DNA of 64,000 nucleotides from an uncultured archaeon (lineage in GTDB: Archaea > Aenigmatarchaeota > Aenigmatarchaeia > CG10238-14 > SCSR01): assembly GCA_964539655.1 (NCBI GenBank), contig CAZIJH010000002.1:80813-144812 (forward strand), given 5' to 3'. Of this stretch, positions 53,623 through 62,097 are shown piece after piece. Position numbers and translations under genes: made by a program. Each line of letters opens with the position of its first letter. Position 1 is the first letter of the stretch. The notes beneath the pieces are model-generated. The model saw only the letters and a list, made by a program, of their open reading frames with translations, was not told the origin of the DNA and did no database searches.

Positions 53623-53925
53623 ATGGTTTCGATGCTTTACGTCGGCGCAATCGTTCTGGCCATAATTCTGATGGCTGTCATTTTTGTTTTCTCTTCGGAC
53701 TTACTGCAAGGGAAGGCTCCTGGTATTGTAAACGATTTTATTTCAGGCCTCCCCGATGCAATCGAGAAAGCAACGCAGAGATGCGGAGGGCATAAGACTC
53801 TAGAAAATTGCAGAAATGACTCCGCTTGCGAATGGTGCGAGACCGAAGATGAAAATCAGAATACTTTCCTGTTCTGCACGACCAAAAAGTACGTGGCAGA
53901 ATACAAATGCGCCCCACCGGCATAA
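53623..53925 (+). CDS. Small N-terminally anchored protein with PSI-like Cys motif
   Basis: MVSMLYVGAIVLAIILMAVIFVF anchor, then CGGHKTLENCRNDSACEWCETEDENQNTFLFCTTKKYVAEYKC. Confidence 0.5.
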   Translation: MVSMLYVGAIVLAIILMAVIFVFSSDLLQGKAPGIVNDFISGLPDAIEKATQRCGGHKTLENCRNDSACEWCETEDENQNTFLFCTTKKYVAEYKCAPPA

Positions 53926-53960
53926 CGGACTATTTTTATCCCCAACCCTAATAATATTTT

Positions 53961-54251
53961 ATGCTCAGTTCTGAACAGAAAGGTAGTCTTGCCATAACCC
54001 AAATCGTTCTTCTGACAATCGGAATAATAGTTGTCGCAATAGTGATATGGGTCCTTTACACGCAGACAATGAGCGGGACGAGCGCGATAGACGCAAACAA
54101 ATGTACCGCGGAAAAGCTGAGGATCTGCACGATGTGCAAATTCGGCGGCGATCCGAAAGCATGCAATCCGAGCTCTAATAAAATTGCCGAATTCTGTTCG
54201 GGAACTACGTTGCCTATAGACTGCGTGGCACAAAACATACTGCCTAAATGA
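53961..54251 (+). CDS. Pilin candidate (class III signal peptide), paralogue group with 58916 and 60352
   Basis: MLSSEQKG-SLAITQIVLLTIGIIVVAIVIWVLYTQ, then a small Cys-rich globular part (CTAEKLRICTMCKFGGDPKACN...FCSG...DC). Confidence 0.65.
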   Translation: MLSSEQKGSLAITQIVLLTIGIIVVAIVIWVLYTQTMSGTSAIDANKCTAEKLRICTMCKFGGDPKACNPSSNKIAEFCSGTTLPIDCVAQNILPK

Positions 54252-54288
54252 ACAGTCTCCTTTTTAGAAGTCGACTCCAAATAATATT

Positions 54289-54702
54289 ATGCCGAGTTCC
54301 GCCGATTTGCTGATAGGAGTAGTAGTCATTTTCATAATCATTTTCTTTATCGCCGATGCCACTATTTTTCCCAAAATGTCTCAGGTGCTTTTGGGAGGAA
54401 GCTGCGAGGAGTTTGCGAAGTCTAACATACGGGATTTAATTGCTAGAGCGAACGCGGCTGCCCTTGGCAACCAGGAGTTTTTCGACGAATTCAAATTCGA
54501 CGACAGATGCGTGGAAAGAATATCGGCTTCAAGCGGAATACTGAACGTGAAATTCAAATCCCAGGACGAGAATGAGAAGTTCGGCGACGGCGTAACTTTC
54601 GCGATGGATGGCATAATCGTCAATCCGGGAACATACAAAGTCCAAATCACAGGCAACAGAGTGAAGATAACGAATGACAAAGTCACGGAATCGACAGCCT
54701 AG
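54289..54702 (+). CDS. Pilin-like protein (N-terminal hydrophobic helix)
   Basis: MPSSADLLIGVVVIFIIIFFIADATIF..., 137 aa, with a beta-rich-looking C-terminal part. Confidence 0.45.
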   Translation: MPSSADLLIGVVVIFIIIFFIADATIFPKMSQVLLGGSCEEFAKSNIRDLIARANAAALGNQEFFDEFKFDDRCVERISASSGILNVKFKSQDENEKFGDGVTFAMDGIIVNPGTYKVQITGNRVKITNDKVTESTA

Positions 54703-54711
54703 GTGTACAGC

Positions 54712-55185
54712 ATGACACAGCAACAGTTTCTTGCAAGGATAGTGATGACCGCGATGTTTGTAGCGTTAATCATAACACTCTACGTGACATTCTTCTCAGG
54801 AATCTTCAAACCAACATGCAGTTCGAACCAAGAATTTCTTATGATGCAACTTGTCAACGACGCCACCAATTTCAGAAATCCGACGTCGTCAGTGATCAAA
54901 CAGTTCAAAATCCTGGACTGCACCAAAGAGATTCTGCTTTACAGCGACGGGTATGTAATCAATTACAAAAACGGTGACTCGTTTGATTCGGACACGAAAT
55001 TCTACAAGGGCGTGGGCGAGAACAATTTCCCAGTGAACATAGACGCTCTTTGCATCGAGGGGTGCAACGCGGCCAAATTGTCCGGCTCTGGATGCGTGCT
55101 GCCAGAGGAGTCAGGCGAAGACACTTACAAGGTATCTATAAGCCCTCTGAATCTGAAATTCCTGTCGTCCTCCGACGAATGCTAG
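54712..55185 (+). CDS. Pilin-like protein (N-terminal hydrophobic helix)
   Basis: ATG at 54712: MTQQQFLARIVMTAMFVALIITLYVTFF. It begins immediately after the upstream stop. Confidence 0.45.
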   Translation: MTQQQFLARIVMTAMFVALIITLYVTFFSGIFKPTCSSNQEFLMMQLVNDATNFRNPTSSVIKQFKILDCTKEILLYSDGYVINYKNGDSFDSDTKFYKGVGENNFPVNIDALCIEGCNAAKLSGSGCVLPEESGEDTYKVSISPLNLKFLSSSDEC

Positions 55186-55225
55186 CGCATTTCTTTTTAA
55201 TAAGACATAATTATTGCAGGATACT

Positions 55226-55666
55226 ATGGGAAAGTTCACCATCTCGAAATTGATTTCAATCATAATTTTTCTGGTAACGTTCTTCATGTTTCTTATATGG
55301 ATGATAAACTATTCGACCGACATCGCAATACTTTTCGGATTCAGAATGTCAAATGTCGTCGCCAATGATCTGGCCGGAAGGATTTCTTCACTCGCATCGG
55401 TTTCAGGAGAAGCGACGTCACAATACATTCTAGGCAGCAAGTCCGAGAGCCAGGGAGCAATCTACGACGTGACGATCAGAAACTACATCGTGTGCGTGAA
55501 AAGCGTGGCATCCTCGACTCTCACATCTGATTGCGCCTCGCATAATTTTGCATTGGAATTTCCTTTCAGCGAAAAAAGCGTGACATACAGGAAACTTACG
55601 ATTGAAAAATTCTACGACACCGATTACGAAAATTATAAGATAAGAGTAAAATCGGAGGCGGCCTGA
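55226..55666 (+). CDS. Pilin-like protein (N-terminal hydrophobic helix)
   Basis: ATG at 55226: MGKFTISKLISIIIFLVTFFMFLIWM. Confidence 0.45.
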   Translation: MGKFTISKLISIIIFLVTFFMFLIWMINYSTDIAILFGFRMSNVVANDLAGRISSLASVSGEATSQYILGSKSESQGAIYDVTIRNYIVCVKSVASSTLTSDCASHNFALEFPFSEKSVTYRKLTIEKFYDTDYENYKIRVKSEAA

Positions 55667-57120
55667 TGGATCTAGAAGACATGATAATGTGGGTGCTTTC
55701 AATTGCATTCGTTGTAACAATAGTTCTTCTGATACAGGGAAATTTCATCGACATTTCTCTTGAGAGACAGGGCGCGGATGTTCAGCGCGCCGCGATAAAT
55801 TTCATAAATTCCATTTCCTCTTCGAGCGACTTCCTGGTCAAAGATGCAAACAATATTCCAGTCAAGAATTCTTTCAGTCTCCAAAGTCTGGCAGACCCTT
55901 CGAAAATTTTGAAGGCGTCTGGGTGCTGCGACATGCTGCAATACGATTATCTGCTGAAGGTTGCCAATTTTGGCAAGGACGCAGAAGAAGACGGGAGGAC
56001 TCTCTACGTTTCAAGCATACAGCCTACGGCAAATGCAAGGAGCCCGGTTACGAATTCGAATCCTGAAAAATTCGCGTACTTCAGCAAGATGTCCGCATGC
56101 TATCTCGGTAGCGGCTATCTTCCTGCCGCATCGGCCGAGAGGTTTGTGAACGTGTGCGAGAATGGAAAATGTTCTGCTGGAGTGGCATCGGTAGAAATTG
56201 CAGAAACACCTCTTTCGCAACTTGCATTCTGGATCAGCAGGACATGCAACGACGATCAGAATTTTGTCAAGCAAATACTCATCGACAAGGACGATGTCGA
56301 GACGAACAGCATAAGGATTGACCAGGCGAACATGCAGGTGTGCATGAAAATAAAGGGCAGCGAAAACGAACTGTGCAAAAAATATGTTTGCACGTCTTCT
56401 GTTGAAGAAAAAAGATCCGCAGAGCTCGAAACTTTTGAAAAGTCCAACGCGTTGGGCTACAAAATCGGTACGAATTGCTTCAACGTTATTTTAGAAAAGA
56501 CTTCGTCCGGTCCGGCAATAACATTACCGCCGTATACAGAATCCCAAAATTTCGTCGGAGCTCTGCCTGCGAATTTCGACAGATGGACAGAACAAACATC
56601 TTCAAAGTTCGTGGCAGCGAAAACTAAGTCTGCATTAAAGCCGCTATCGAACGATCCATGTGTTTCGGTCTCGGACGACCCCGATGAACAGAATGCTGAT
56701 GTCTCTGAAATCAGCAGAAGCAGCGTAAGACTCGACAACATGGAACCGATGTGCAACGTAATGTTTTCCAGTTTCACCGACGACGAAGGAAACACAAAAA
56801 GCGAGATAGACGCAAAAATCTACAAGAAGATCAGCTTTGCAGTGACGTACGACGGTCCGGTCGACATAAATTTAGTTTTGTTGCTGGATAACGGAGAGGG
56901 AAGAGAAGAATCGACATGCAAAATTCCATTGGAATACAAAACTCCCAACTATTGGGAATTGAAGACTGTTGAAATCGACAAAATCCAACCTAGCAATCTT
57001 TGCTACAAATCTTTCCTCGACAAGAAAATCGTGAAATCGATTGGATTCGAAAGAGGCGCATTCGGCGAAAATAAAAATGCCCCAAGAATATGGATAGATA
57101 CTTTGTTCTTCTCTAAGTGA
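55666..57120 (+). CDS. Large pilin-like/minor pilus subunit (484 aa), Cys-containing
   Basis: MDLEDMIMWVLSIAFVVTIVLLIQ anchor. The start overlaps the upstream stop by 1 nt. The ectodomain has several Cys pairs. Confidence 0.45.
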   Translation: MDLEDMIMWVLSIAFVVTIVLLIQGNFIDISLERQGADVQRAAINFINSISSSSDFLVKDANNIPVKNSFSLQSLADPSKILKASGCCDMLQYDYLLKVANFGKDAEEDGRTLYVSSIQPTANARSPVTNSNPEKFAYFSKMSACYLGSGYLPAASAERFVNVCENGKCSAGVASVEIAETPLSQLAFWISRTCNDDQNFVKQILIDKDDVETNSIRIDQANMQVCMKIKGSENELCKKYVCTSSVEEKRSAELETFEKSNALGYKIGTNCFNVILEKTSSGPAITLPPYTESQNFVGALPANFDRWTEQTSSKFVAAKTKSALKPLSNDPCVSVSDDPDEQNADVSEISRSSVRLDNMEPMCNVMFSSFTDDEGNTKSEIDAKIYKKISFAVTYDGPVDINLVLLLDNGEGREESTCKIPLEYKTPNYWELKTVEIDKIQPSNLCYKSFLDKKIVKSIGFERGAFGENKNAPRIWIDTLFFSK

Positions 57121-57125
57121 CCAAC

Positions 57126-57722
57126 ATGGAAAAAAAGAAAAAAGGAATAGGCTCGATATTCTTCCTGTTCCTGACAGGATTTGTTGTAATCACGATGGCT
57201 TTCTTGTTCCTGATTTTCTTCAAGCTTCACGTCACGACGTTCGCAGTTGACTACATGAACATAAATTCATACAACACTTTTCTGTCAGCAATAATTCCGC
57301 TAAGCATCCCCGAAGAGAATACTGAAATGTTCCTCTACGTCAACAAGATCAGCGGCATCGCAGGATACGATCAGAATTTCGATACGGCCGGAACGTCGAC
57401 ATTGGAAAAGATAGTTGACGCTGCGCTGCCAGGATCCTGCTACAGATTCTCGATAGGTTCGAAGGAATCGAAATCCAAAATTGTTTTCGAGAAAATCACT
57501 AAATTCATTCCATTAATCTCGCAGAACATTCCAGGCTTCAGCTGCGACACATCGATTGTAAAATTCAGAAACACCGTGCCGATGCCCGTGATACAAAACG
57601 GAAAATCTGAACTTGTTAATTCGGAACTCGTGATATATGGAGTCGGAAAATTCGAGTTTACGTCAAGAACAGTCGAGTCTCTCATATCTGCTTCGGCATG
57701 GCCATTGGTGATCAGAAGATGA
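57126..57722 (+). CDS. Pilin-like protein with class III signal peptide
   Basis: ATG at 57126: MEKKKKG-IGSIFFLFLTGFVVITMAFLFLIFF. Confidence 0.55.
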   Translation: MEKKKKGIGSIFFLFLTGFVVITMAFLFLIFFKLHVTTFAVDYMNINSYNTFLSAIIPLSIPEENTEMFLYVNKISGIAGYDQNFDTAGTSTLEKIVDAALPGSCYRFSIGSKESKSKIVFEKITKFIPLISQNIPGFSCDTSIVKFRNTVPMPVIQNGKSELVNSELVIYGVGKFEFTSRTVESLISASAWPLVIRR

Positions 57723-58858
57723 AAGGGATAATACATGCATTGGTTGCACTCGGGCTGATTTTCGTAGTCTGGATACTCATACTCAGCTTCGCATTCAATC
57801 TTACTTCGATTACGCAGAGGCAGCTTGCTGAATCCAAGACTCTCACGGATGCGGAAGAAGCCGAGAATATCGTGCGCTCGATAGAAAATTCTTTCAAGCT
57901 TTCGTTTATCCAAGGGACATACGACTCGTTGAATACCGGAGACTATTGGGCGAGCTACGACAAAGATTTGTTGACAGATTCGGCCATCCAAAACATAAAG
58001 TCTGGATCTGCGATCAAATCCAGTTTTGAAAGTTACGCGAACGCTTTCCTGCAAAAATATCCGGAATACGTTCAGAGCACCAAGCCTGAAAATACTTTTT
58101 TGATAAGTTCGCTGAAAGATTCGAAAATTGATACGGCGGTTTCGGTGGATGCAAACAGGGTTTCGGCAACTGCAAAGCCTGTAAAAATTTCGTCGAAATA
58201 CAGGAACGTTGAAATAAGAACTGCAATTGATTTTGAATATAGCATTGAGGCGCACATAATCAGGCTAATCGATGTTGCAAAACAATTTACTTCAAGCAAA
58301 TCTTTCAACAGCGCTGTTGACAGTTCGATACCTTCTAAGACTTCTTATTCGCAAACATACTGCGCAGACGAAAGCGAGCCGAGCTCAGGCGATGTATACC
58401 AATCCGGTACAGGAAAATCAATTGACCAGACCATGAATGAAATAGGACAGTCGATAAAATCAAATCTTGAAAGTTTGCAGGACGAATATACAACAGAGAA
58501 CCAGCAGATATTCTCAATTGAAAATCTCCAAATTAACTCGGGAGCGAAAGGCATAACAACGCGCATTGACGCAGACTGCGATGTCAGCGAATCTGGAACC
58601 TGTTGCAAATTACAGTACATGAAAGACGCAAACGGAAATCAAGTTTATGATGCTCTCGGCCAGCCCGCATGGGACTGCGTGCCGCGAGGTTTGGAATACA
58701 CCAAGACATGCACTTACACATCTTATGCGAAGGCCGATTCCAGAATTCGCGTGAAGGAATGGAGCGGAAACAAGTACGCACTTTGGGACATGCACGACGG
58801 CAAAATGGTATTCGACACGATGGGAATTTCGTTCAACGCAGTCGGCGGAAACAGCTGA
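57719..58858 (+). CDS. Pilin-like protein with class III signal peptide (380 aa)
   Basis: The ATG at 57719 overlaps the upstream stop (ATGA): MKG-IIHALVALGLIFVVWILILSF. The long ectodomain has late Cys residues (DADCDVSESGTCCKLQ...WDCVP...KTCTY). Confidence 0.55.
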   Translation: MKGIIHALVALGLIFVVWILILSFAFNLTSITQRQLAESKTLTDAEEAENIVRSIENSFKLSFIQGTYDSLNTGDYWASYDKDLLTDSAIQNIKSGSAIKSSFESYANAFLQKYPEYVQSTKPENTFLISSLKDSKIDTAVSVDANRVSATAKPVKISSKYRNVEIRTAIDFEYSIEAHIIRLIDVAKQFTSSKSFNSAVDSSIPSKTSYSQTYCADESEPSSGDVYQSGTGKSIDQTMNEIGQSIKSNLESLQDEYTTENQQIFSIENLQINSGAKGITTRIDADCDVSESGTCCKLQYMKDANGNQVYDALGQPAWDCVPRGLEYTKTCTYTSYAKADSRIRVKEWSGNKYALWDMHDGKMVFDTMGISFNAVGGNS

Positions 58859-58915
58859 AATTTGAAGGCAATAGTTACCTTTTTATTCATCCGAACAGAA
58901 TTAATTTTGAAAGAT

Positions 58916-59212
58916 ATGGACAGAAAAGGTCTTGCAGTCTCCCAGATAGTTCTTCTCGTTTTGGGGATACTTGTTCTGGCAGTCGTTGCTTATTTGTTAT
59001 ACACTAACTTCATCTCTTCTCAGAGCGGCTTTGATGTGAACAAATGCAAGGCTGCGCTGATATCTGCATGCACGAGCTGGAAGGTAAGCGGTTTCTCGCC
59101 CGCGTCTGCCCCGCCATGGCCGTCCGCTTGCGGCACTGGAGTCAAGGACTTTGGATCTCCTGACCGCGAAAAAATTGGTAGAGCTTCGTGTACAAGCGTT
59201 GGTGTAATTTAA
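58916..59212 (+). CDS. Pilin candidate (class III signal peptide), paralogue of 53961
   Basis: ATG at 58916: MDRKG-LAVSQIVLLVLGILVLAVVAYLLYTN, then a Cys-rich part (CKAALISACTSW...SACGTG...ASCTS). Confidence 0.65.
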   Translation: MDRKGLAVSQIVLLVLGILVLAVVAYLLYTNFISSQSGFDVNKCKAALISACTSWKVSGFSPASAPPWPSACGTGVKDFGSPDREKIGRASCTSVGVI

Positions 59213-59223
59213 TTTTTTGTTTT

Positions 59224-60339
59224 CTAAAACGCCCACATTCCTCTTACGAACATAGATAAGAAAATTACGAACAGCGTCAGCGAGAAAAATACAAATATGT
59301 AATGCAGCCATTGCCTGCTCTCGCTTATCTTTGACATGATGATGAACATCGGAAACAATGTAAGAAGATATCTCGGCGTGCCCAGCCAAAATGAATTGAA
59401 CGTCACGATGAAAAGAGCGACGATCATGTAAATGGCATAAGAGACCCTGAGATATTTCAACGCAAGAATTCCGGAAACCAGTCCAATTATACCCGCGAAC
59501 ATCTCGCTGTATCCTATCATCAAATTCTCATTTGGGCTCCTGGTTTGCGAATTGATGAATGAGTTTTTCAGTCCTTCCCAGAACGGCGCGACATCACGGT
59601 GGAAATAGCCGCCCTGCACCCCTATGAATTCAAATGGATCGCCGAAAATCTGGTAATTGATGAAGGCGTAGAAAATCAATCCCAACGGGATTATCATGAG
59701 CCAAATAAAATCTTTCCTGACATTTTTTAATTTGAATTTCTTCTGATGAAGGTATTCGAATACTAATCCTGCAAAAAGTGCGACGCTTGTAATTCTTACC
59801 AGTGACGAGAACATCCCAAGTATTCCCGACAGCATCCAGTTTCCTTTTCTAGCGTAGTAGAAGCTGGGAATTGCGAACGCCAGGAAAAGGCTTTCAGTGT
59901 AGCCCGTGTGGAAAAAATACGCGGTTGGAAATATCGACAAAAAGAGGACGGCGTTTGTCGCGACATTGTCGCCGCCTTTCTCAAACATGACTAGCTTGTA
60001 CAAATAGAAGCATGCGACAGCGAACGCAAGATTGGAAATTATTAACGCCGCCAGCATCGAGTTGTCGACAAATATCACAAGGAAGCTGATGAGAGACGGC
60101 AGAAGAGGAAACACTGCGATTAAAGACGGGTCTTTTGCCACGCTTGGAAAGTATCCACCATCCGCAACGATAAGATACCTGATCACGTCCCATTGGTTGA
60201 ACAAATCGAGAACAGATGCCTTCGAATTCGTCAGAGTCTCGTAGGAAAATTGCGCTATGAAGAACGTGCCGAAAGTCGCGATAAAAATTATCGCAATAAT
60301 TTTTTTGTACTTTAGAATTTGCTTTGCGAAAAAATTCAT
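59224..60339 (-). CDS. GT-C membrane glycosyltransferase, PIG-V/mannosyltransferase-like
   Basis: 371 aa, polytopic. The N-terminal loop motif WDVIRYLIVADGGYF...AVFPLLPSL resembles the PIG-V family pattern WD..hYl.IA..GY...faFfPl.P. Confidence 0.5.
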   Translation of the reverse strand: MNFFAKQILKYKKIIAIIFIATFGTFFIAQFSYETLTNSKASVLDLFNQWDVIRYLIVADGGYFPSVAKDPSLIAVFPLLPSLISFLVIFVDNSMLAALIISNLAFAVACFYLYKLVMFEKGGDNVATNAVLFLSIFPTAYFFHTGYTESLFLAFAIPSFYYARKGNWMLSGILGMFSSLVRITSVALFAGLVFEYLHQKKFKLKNVRKDFIWLMIIPLGLIFYAFINYQIFGDPFEFIGVQGGYFHRDVAPFWEGLKNSFINSQTRSPNENLMIGYSEMFAGIIGLVSGILALKYLRVSYAIYMIVALFIVTFNSFWLGTPRYLLTLFPMFIIMSKISESRQWLHYIFVFFSLTLFVIFLSMFVRGMWAF

Positions 60340-60351
60340 GTAAGTCCTACT

Positions 60352-60648
60352 TCATTTCAGAATTTCTGTGCATTTGTCTACTGTTGGCCTGACATCCAGA
60401 TCGGAGCATCCTCTAGCAAAACTGTCCCATGTTCCAGGTTGATTTCTTGTATTTGTGGAATCCCTGCTGTAACCTTCTATACTCCACTGAGTACAATATG
60501 AAAATAATTTGTTCTGACAATCCCTAAGTGCTATAGCAGAATTCGTCCGATTATCCTTAATTAAAAAGTTGTAGGCGAGTGCAGCGATGACAACAATTGC
60601 GATCAAAATCAAAATGAAGATCGTGCCCGAAGAGGCAGGCTGTCCCAT
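60352..60648 (-). CDS. Pilin-like protein, related to 53961/58916
   Basis: MGQPASSG-TIFILILIAIVVIAALAYNFL, then a Cys-containing part (CQNKLFSYCTQW...ARGCSDLDVRPTVDKC). Confidence 0.5.
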   Translation of the reverse strand: MGQPASSGTIFILILIAIVVIAALAYNFLIKDNRTNSAIALRDCQNKLFSYCTQWSIEGYSRDSTNTRNQPGTWDSFARGCSDLDVRPTVDKCTEILK

Positions 60649-60699
60649 AAAATTTACTTGATTTTAGAAATATATATATAAAAATTTAATTTACATTTG

Positions 60700-62073
60700 A
60701 TGAAATCGTCCAATTTTGCAATCTTGTTTGTTTCGTTTGCAATCGTGGGATTTTCAATACTATTGTTTTCAAATTTGACAATAGCACAGAAGCCGGGATC
60801 TTGCCAAGTCAACGGTGTGAGTTATTGCAGCGAAGTCGATGACGAAGCATCATCTGGCCAGTCTCCTGATGGATGTTACTGCGATTCGTTGTCAGTGTTG
60901 CCAAATTACAATGATTATTGTGAGGACATAGATACTGTATGCGGAATAGCAAAACCTGTTAAGAATTCGGTTCAGTCTTATCCATATCCTTACCCGTATC
61001 CAACAAAACAATATCCACCGTCTTCTGTCATCTCAAATTTACCAGAAGAGTGTGAAAATTTCGGTTCTCCGTCTGACAATTATTGCGATGACAGTCCTGA
61101 AAATTGCGCGTCCGGATATGTTGAAGAATCCTCTGTGCCGGAGTGCAAGGAATGTTCTACTGGAAAATGGAAGAATTGCAAAAGTTCTGGATCAGTCGCG
61201 CCGCCGTCCGACACATCCTCGTGCTCTTCGAGAACGACCTGCTCCGAATGCGTGAAAGGGAACAAAGTTTACGATGACGATGCTGTTGTAAATTGCGGAT
61301 GGGATAAAGACGTCAAAAAATGCAAGTCTGGAAGTGCGTCATCTTCTTACGACGGAGTCTACGGAGCTGACAAGTGGGCTTGGATGGGCTCATTGTGCGT
61401 AGAGGGAAATGTTCCAAAGTCAAGTCAGAAAACTCAAATATCGACTAACAAGCTGTTTTATGAACAAGGCGAAAAAGTCGTAGTTAGCGGAAAAATAGTT
61501 GCAGGCACGTTCACCATATCAATCTACAATCCCGTAGGAACAATCGGTGCAATTTCGCAAGGAACAACTTCCGCAAATGGCACATACCAGTTGGAAGTTG
61601 GGACTGTCGGAAAACCCGAAATAACTAAACTCGGGATGCTGGGGAGATATACCGTGAAAGTACAGCCTGTTTCCGATTTGAACAATTACAATATTACTTT
61701 TGATGTCGTGCCAGTCGGCAAGTCTTCTTCGTTCAAGAAAATCTACACGGGCGTGAAAAGCCTGATCACGAGGTTAAATTTGGACGAAACGATAAAAGTT
61801 GCGGCTGCAGATGACGGCACAGAATATTTGGTAACATTGTTGGTCACGAATTTCGGACCGACTATAAGAGTCGAGAGCACATCGTCTGCGCAGAACATCG
61901 ACGGCTTGCCGCAGGACCGCTACTTGGAACAAACACCTGCAAGTAATTATGGAACGATTGTTTTAGACGGGAATGATAATATAGATCCAGTGAAAACTAA
62001 AGCCTTGCTCATCTTCGTTCCTGTTCATAAAACCGATGGATTATGGGCAGAAGCAGTGATAACCCCAGTTTAA
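60700..62073 (+). CDS. Secreted Cys-rich protein with YP repeat, PSI-like module and beta-rich C-terminal domains
   Basis: Signal-like N-terminus MKSSNFAILFVSFAIVGFSILLFSNLTIAQ. Contains SYPYPYPYPTKQYPP, CSSRTTCSECVKGNKVYDDDAVVNCGWDKDVKKCKSG, and an Ig-like-looking stretch (LFYEQGEKVVVSGKIVAGTFTISIYNPVG...YTVKVQP). Confidence 0.5.
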   Translation: MKSSNFAILFVSFAIVGFSILLFSNLTIAQKPGSCQVNGVSYCSEVDDEASSGQSPDGCYCDSLSVLPNYNDYCEDIDTVCGIAKPVKNSVQSYPYPYPYPTKQYPPSSVISNLPEECENFGSPSDNYCDDSPENCASGYVEESSVPECKECSTGKWKNCKSSGSVAPPSDTSSCSSRTTCSECVKGNKVYDDDAVVNCGWDKDVKKCKSGSASSSYDGVYGADKWAWMGSLCVEGNVPKSSQKTQISTNKLFYEQGEKVVVSGKIVAGTFTISIYNPVGTIGAISQGTTSANGTYQLEVGTVGKPEITKLGMLGRYTVKVQPVSDLNNYNITFDVVPVGKSSSFKKIYTGVKSLITRLNLDETIKVAAADDGTEYLVTLLVTNFGPTIRVESTSSAQNIDGLPQDRYLEQTPASNYGTIVLDGNDNIDPVKTKALLIFVPVHKTDGLWAEAVITPV

Positions 62074-62097
62074 AAATATTTTATTTCAGAAAATTTT

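Noticed and set aside
60970-61010. YPYPYPYP-coding short tandem repeat
   Set aside because: It is a low-complexity Tyr-Pro linker inside a secreted protein, not an independent DNA repeat element or CRISPR-like array.
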